Both the position numbers and the translations under genes were made by a program. Positions 61,137-64,000 of a stretch of 64,000 nt of DNA are shown piece by piece (positions within the stretch are counted from its first letter, which is position 1; each line of letters opens with the position of its first letter). The DNA lies in NCBI GenBank assembly GCA_964016885.1, contig OZ024740.1, positions 243,722,001 to 243,786,000 on the forward strand, written 5' to 3'. Source of the DNA: Eledone cirrhosa. Taxonomy: Eukaryota. The notes under the pieces were generated by a model. The model ran no database searches. It saw only the letters and a program-made list of their open reading frames with translations, and was not told the DNA's origin.

Positions 61137-61446
61137 GTAACACCTTATTTAATAATTCTTGGTATATATATATATTTCTAATCATTATCATCATCACTGT
61201 ATGTCTGTTGTCCTTACTGGCATGGGTTGGATAGCTTGTTATGGACTCAGACTACATAGATTAGAGAAGTAAAAGTTGCTCATACATTCAATTTCTTGCA
61301 TGGTTTCTAGAGCTGGATGTAGTATATATATTAAGCAGGATATAGAATATTAATTAAATGGTCAGTTTAGTTTGCATACATTTCGCTGGAGAAAATGAAT
61401 GCTGGTAAAGAGTTCATGCAGAAAATAAGGCAAAATGGAGAAGCCC

Positions 61447-62100
61447 GTCTAAAAACGTGCAGAGCGCTCAAAGTCGATGGAAGCCTTGGAGTGGGGAGAC
61501 ACAGGAAGACTTGGAGCGAGGTGATAAAAGCTGACCTCACCCAATTGCACCTCTCAAAGATGATGACACAGGACTGAGATCCCGCATTACACAGTAATAC
61601 AGAGGACCTGACTTCCCATGGGCACAAGCTGAAGCATATATTTAGCATGCACCACCCCACCCACTCCCATGAGGACAAGCTGTAGTATACATCCAGTGAA
61701 GCCTCCAGCCCACACTGTAAAGTCGTTGTGATGGCTATGTTACAAAAAGCACCCAGCCCACACTAAAGTGGTTGTGATGTTGACAAGGCAAAAAAAAACC
61801 CAGCCCACACTGAAGAGGTTGTGTAGGTATCACAGCAAAACCCACCCAGTACTCACTGTAAAGTGGTTAAGGCACCCAGTACTTACTGTAAATGAGGTTG
61901 GTGCTAGGAAGGTCATCCAGCTGTAGAAACCAAGCCAAAATTGGTTCTGTATGAGCAAGACATTATCACCTGACCTGGCATTGTTCACAACAGCATAACT
62001 CGTCTCATCCATGCTAGTGTGGAAAAATGGGCATTAAACGGTGATGATGGTGATAACCCATACTAGTGTGGAAAATGGACGTAAAATGGTGATGTTGATG
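61447..62100 (+). mobile_element. Decayed RTE 3' fragment with expanded UTR repeats
   Basis: Similar to 46310-46790; the cccagcccacactg-aagtggt unit is repeated about five times. Confidence 0.8.
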
Positions 62101-62420
62101 TATATTTTCTATATATATATCATCATTCATTTCATCATTTCATTTTACGTCCGCTTTTCCCTGCTTGCAAGGGTGGGATGGGAATTGATTCTGGCTTGAT
62201 TTCTACAGCTGGATGCCCTTCCTAACACCAACCTCATTTACAGTGAGTGCTGGGTGCTTTTTTACCATGGCACCTCCACGACTACTTTGCAGTGGAATGA
62301 TATGGACCCAGTCCCTATCATCTCATTTCTACAGCTGAGTAAACTGGAGCAATGTGAAATAAAGTGTCTTGCTCAAGGAAACAACACATCACCTGGTCTG
62401 AGAATTATATATATATATAT

Positions 62421-62498
<78 letters not shown>

Positions 62499-62501
<3 letters not shown>

Positions 62502-63427
62502 GAAAATATTGTGTACAGTGCTCAGGTGCACTACAACTCATCAAGTGTATGTATAGTACATAGGGTAATGTACAAACGTCAGGAAAATCAACAGTGCATG
62601 AGTCATGATATACAAATGTGTGCATGTGTATGGAAGGGGTACATCAGGTGTAGTTTTGGCGAATTTCGGGAAGCATGAGGGTTTTAATAGGGGTTCCAGA
62701 CTGATGATGTGAATTCCAAGTGTGGTTGTACCATAGCTGTATACAGCTTTAAATAGATGGCTGGAGAGCGGCTAACAAAGGTCTTGCTGAGTGATGCCAA
62801 GACACCCTCGGCCTTCTTGACAATCTTAGAGACATGCTTTGTCCAACGCAAATCGCTGCTGACAGTAATGCCCAGGTCACGTTCACAAGAGGACTTTTTG
62901 ATGTCAGTGTTGTGGAGGGAGTATGTGGACGCTGAATTTTTCCTCCCAAAATGCATGGTGGTACACTCGTCCACAGCCAGCTTCAGTTGCCAGTCTGTGA
63001 TCCATTGCTGCATTGTGTCCAGGTCTGATTGTAAGAAAGAGTTGTAGATTTCAGGATCAGTCCTTTTGATTTCAAGGTACAGCTTGATGTCATCTGCATA
63101 TTTCAGTACCGTGGCATTCTTTAAGTTGGCATCTATGTCATTAATATATGCCACAAACAAAAGGCGACCAAGAACAGATCCCTGTGGTACACCAGATGAC
63201 ATCTCATATGGTGAAGAATGCAGTCCCAGAACCGTGACTACCTCTTTTCGGCTGAGAATGAAGGATTTCAACCAGTTAAAAAGATCATACCTCACACCCA
63301 TTGCAGTGAGTTTCGCCATAAGTCTTTTGTGTGGCACAGAATTAAAAGCCTTAGCGAAGTCAAGGTAAACAACATCCACCCATGAGCCGCTGTCAGAGAT
63401 CCGGGTAATGTCTTCAAGGAACTCGAT
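62499..63427 (-). mobile_element. CR1-group LINE fragment with an internal deletion
   Basis: YLDFAKAF, GVPQGSVLG, YADD, RDLGI, PHLEF. Confidence 0.9.
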
Positions 63428-63549
63428 ATATATATTTTATATATATATATTTTATATATATATATATATTTTATATATATATATATTTTATATATATATA
63501 TATTTTAAATATATATATATTTTATATATATATATATTTTATATATATA

Positions 63550-63594
<45 letters not shown>

Positions 63595-63745
63595 ATATAT
63601 ATATATATTTTATATATATATATATTTTATAATATATATAATATATATTTTATATAATATATATTTTATATATATATATATTTTATAATATATATATATT
63701 TTATATATATATATATTTTATATATATATATATTTTATATATATT
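63428..63745. repeat. (TA)n with T-run interruptions
   Basis: Seen directly. Confidence 0.95.
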
Positions 63746-64000
63746 TATGTAATGAACAACATAAGATAATTATTTCATTTACCAGTGGTTTCTTGAAAGC
63801 AAACAAAATTTGCTTTCAGTCATCAGAATGAACAAATTCTGGTGTATTTATTGACAATGGATTTTAAAAACAAAAATATAATCTATATGATTGTGAGGCT
63901 AGAAAAGGAAGGAAAGGAAAAAGAATAAGTATAAAAGTAGATAAACACACACGCACACACACACATATACATACACACACATATATATATATAAATATAC

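Noticed and set aside
63786-63831. Possible next exon of the hydrolase gene after accag
   Set aside because: It reaches a stop after about 15 codons with no hydrolase-like sequence; the real exon is probably outside the window.

Overview
Eukaryotic (metazoan) genomic DNA. The (TA)n load and the RTE, CR1 and SINE types suggest an octopus or other coleoid cephalopod, but this is inference. The window holds nine phase-consistent + strand exons (10805-61136) of a membrane-anchored alpha/beta-hydrolase-fold gene with a non-canonical nucleophile elbow (LVGSELSA); the gene continues beyond the window. Its 32.7-kb intron (20183-52880) is a pile-up of young insertions separated by about 10 kb of TA/TATG microsatellite: an intact RTE LINE ORF, CR1-like LINEs, BovB-derived non-autonomous elements and SINEs. 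The standout is a 310-bp tandem array (48737-50638) of five direct copies plus one head-to-head inverted copy. Each unit carries a complete type I hammerhead ribozyme fold, which makes it a candidate non-LTR retrozyme (self-cleaving circRNA-based mobile element). Several other short fold-back elements carry hammerhead half-cores, and a decayed Penelope-like RT/GIY-YIG element in the same intron marks the likely mobilising family. Ribozyme folds were derived by eye and activity is untested.
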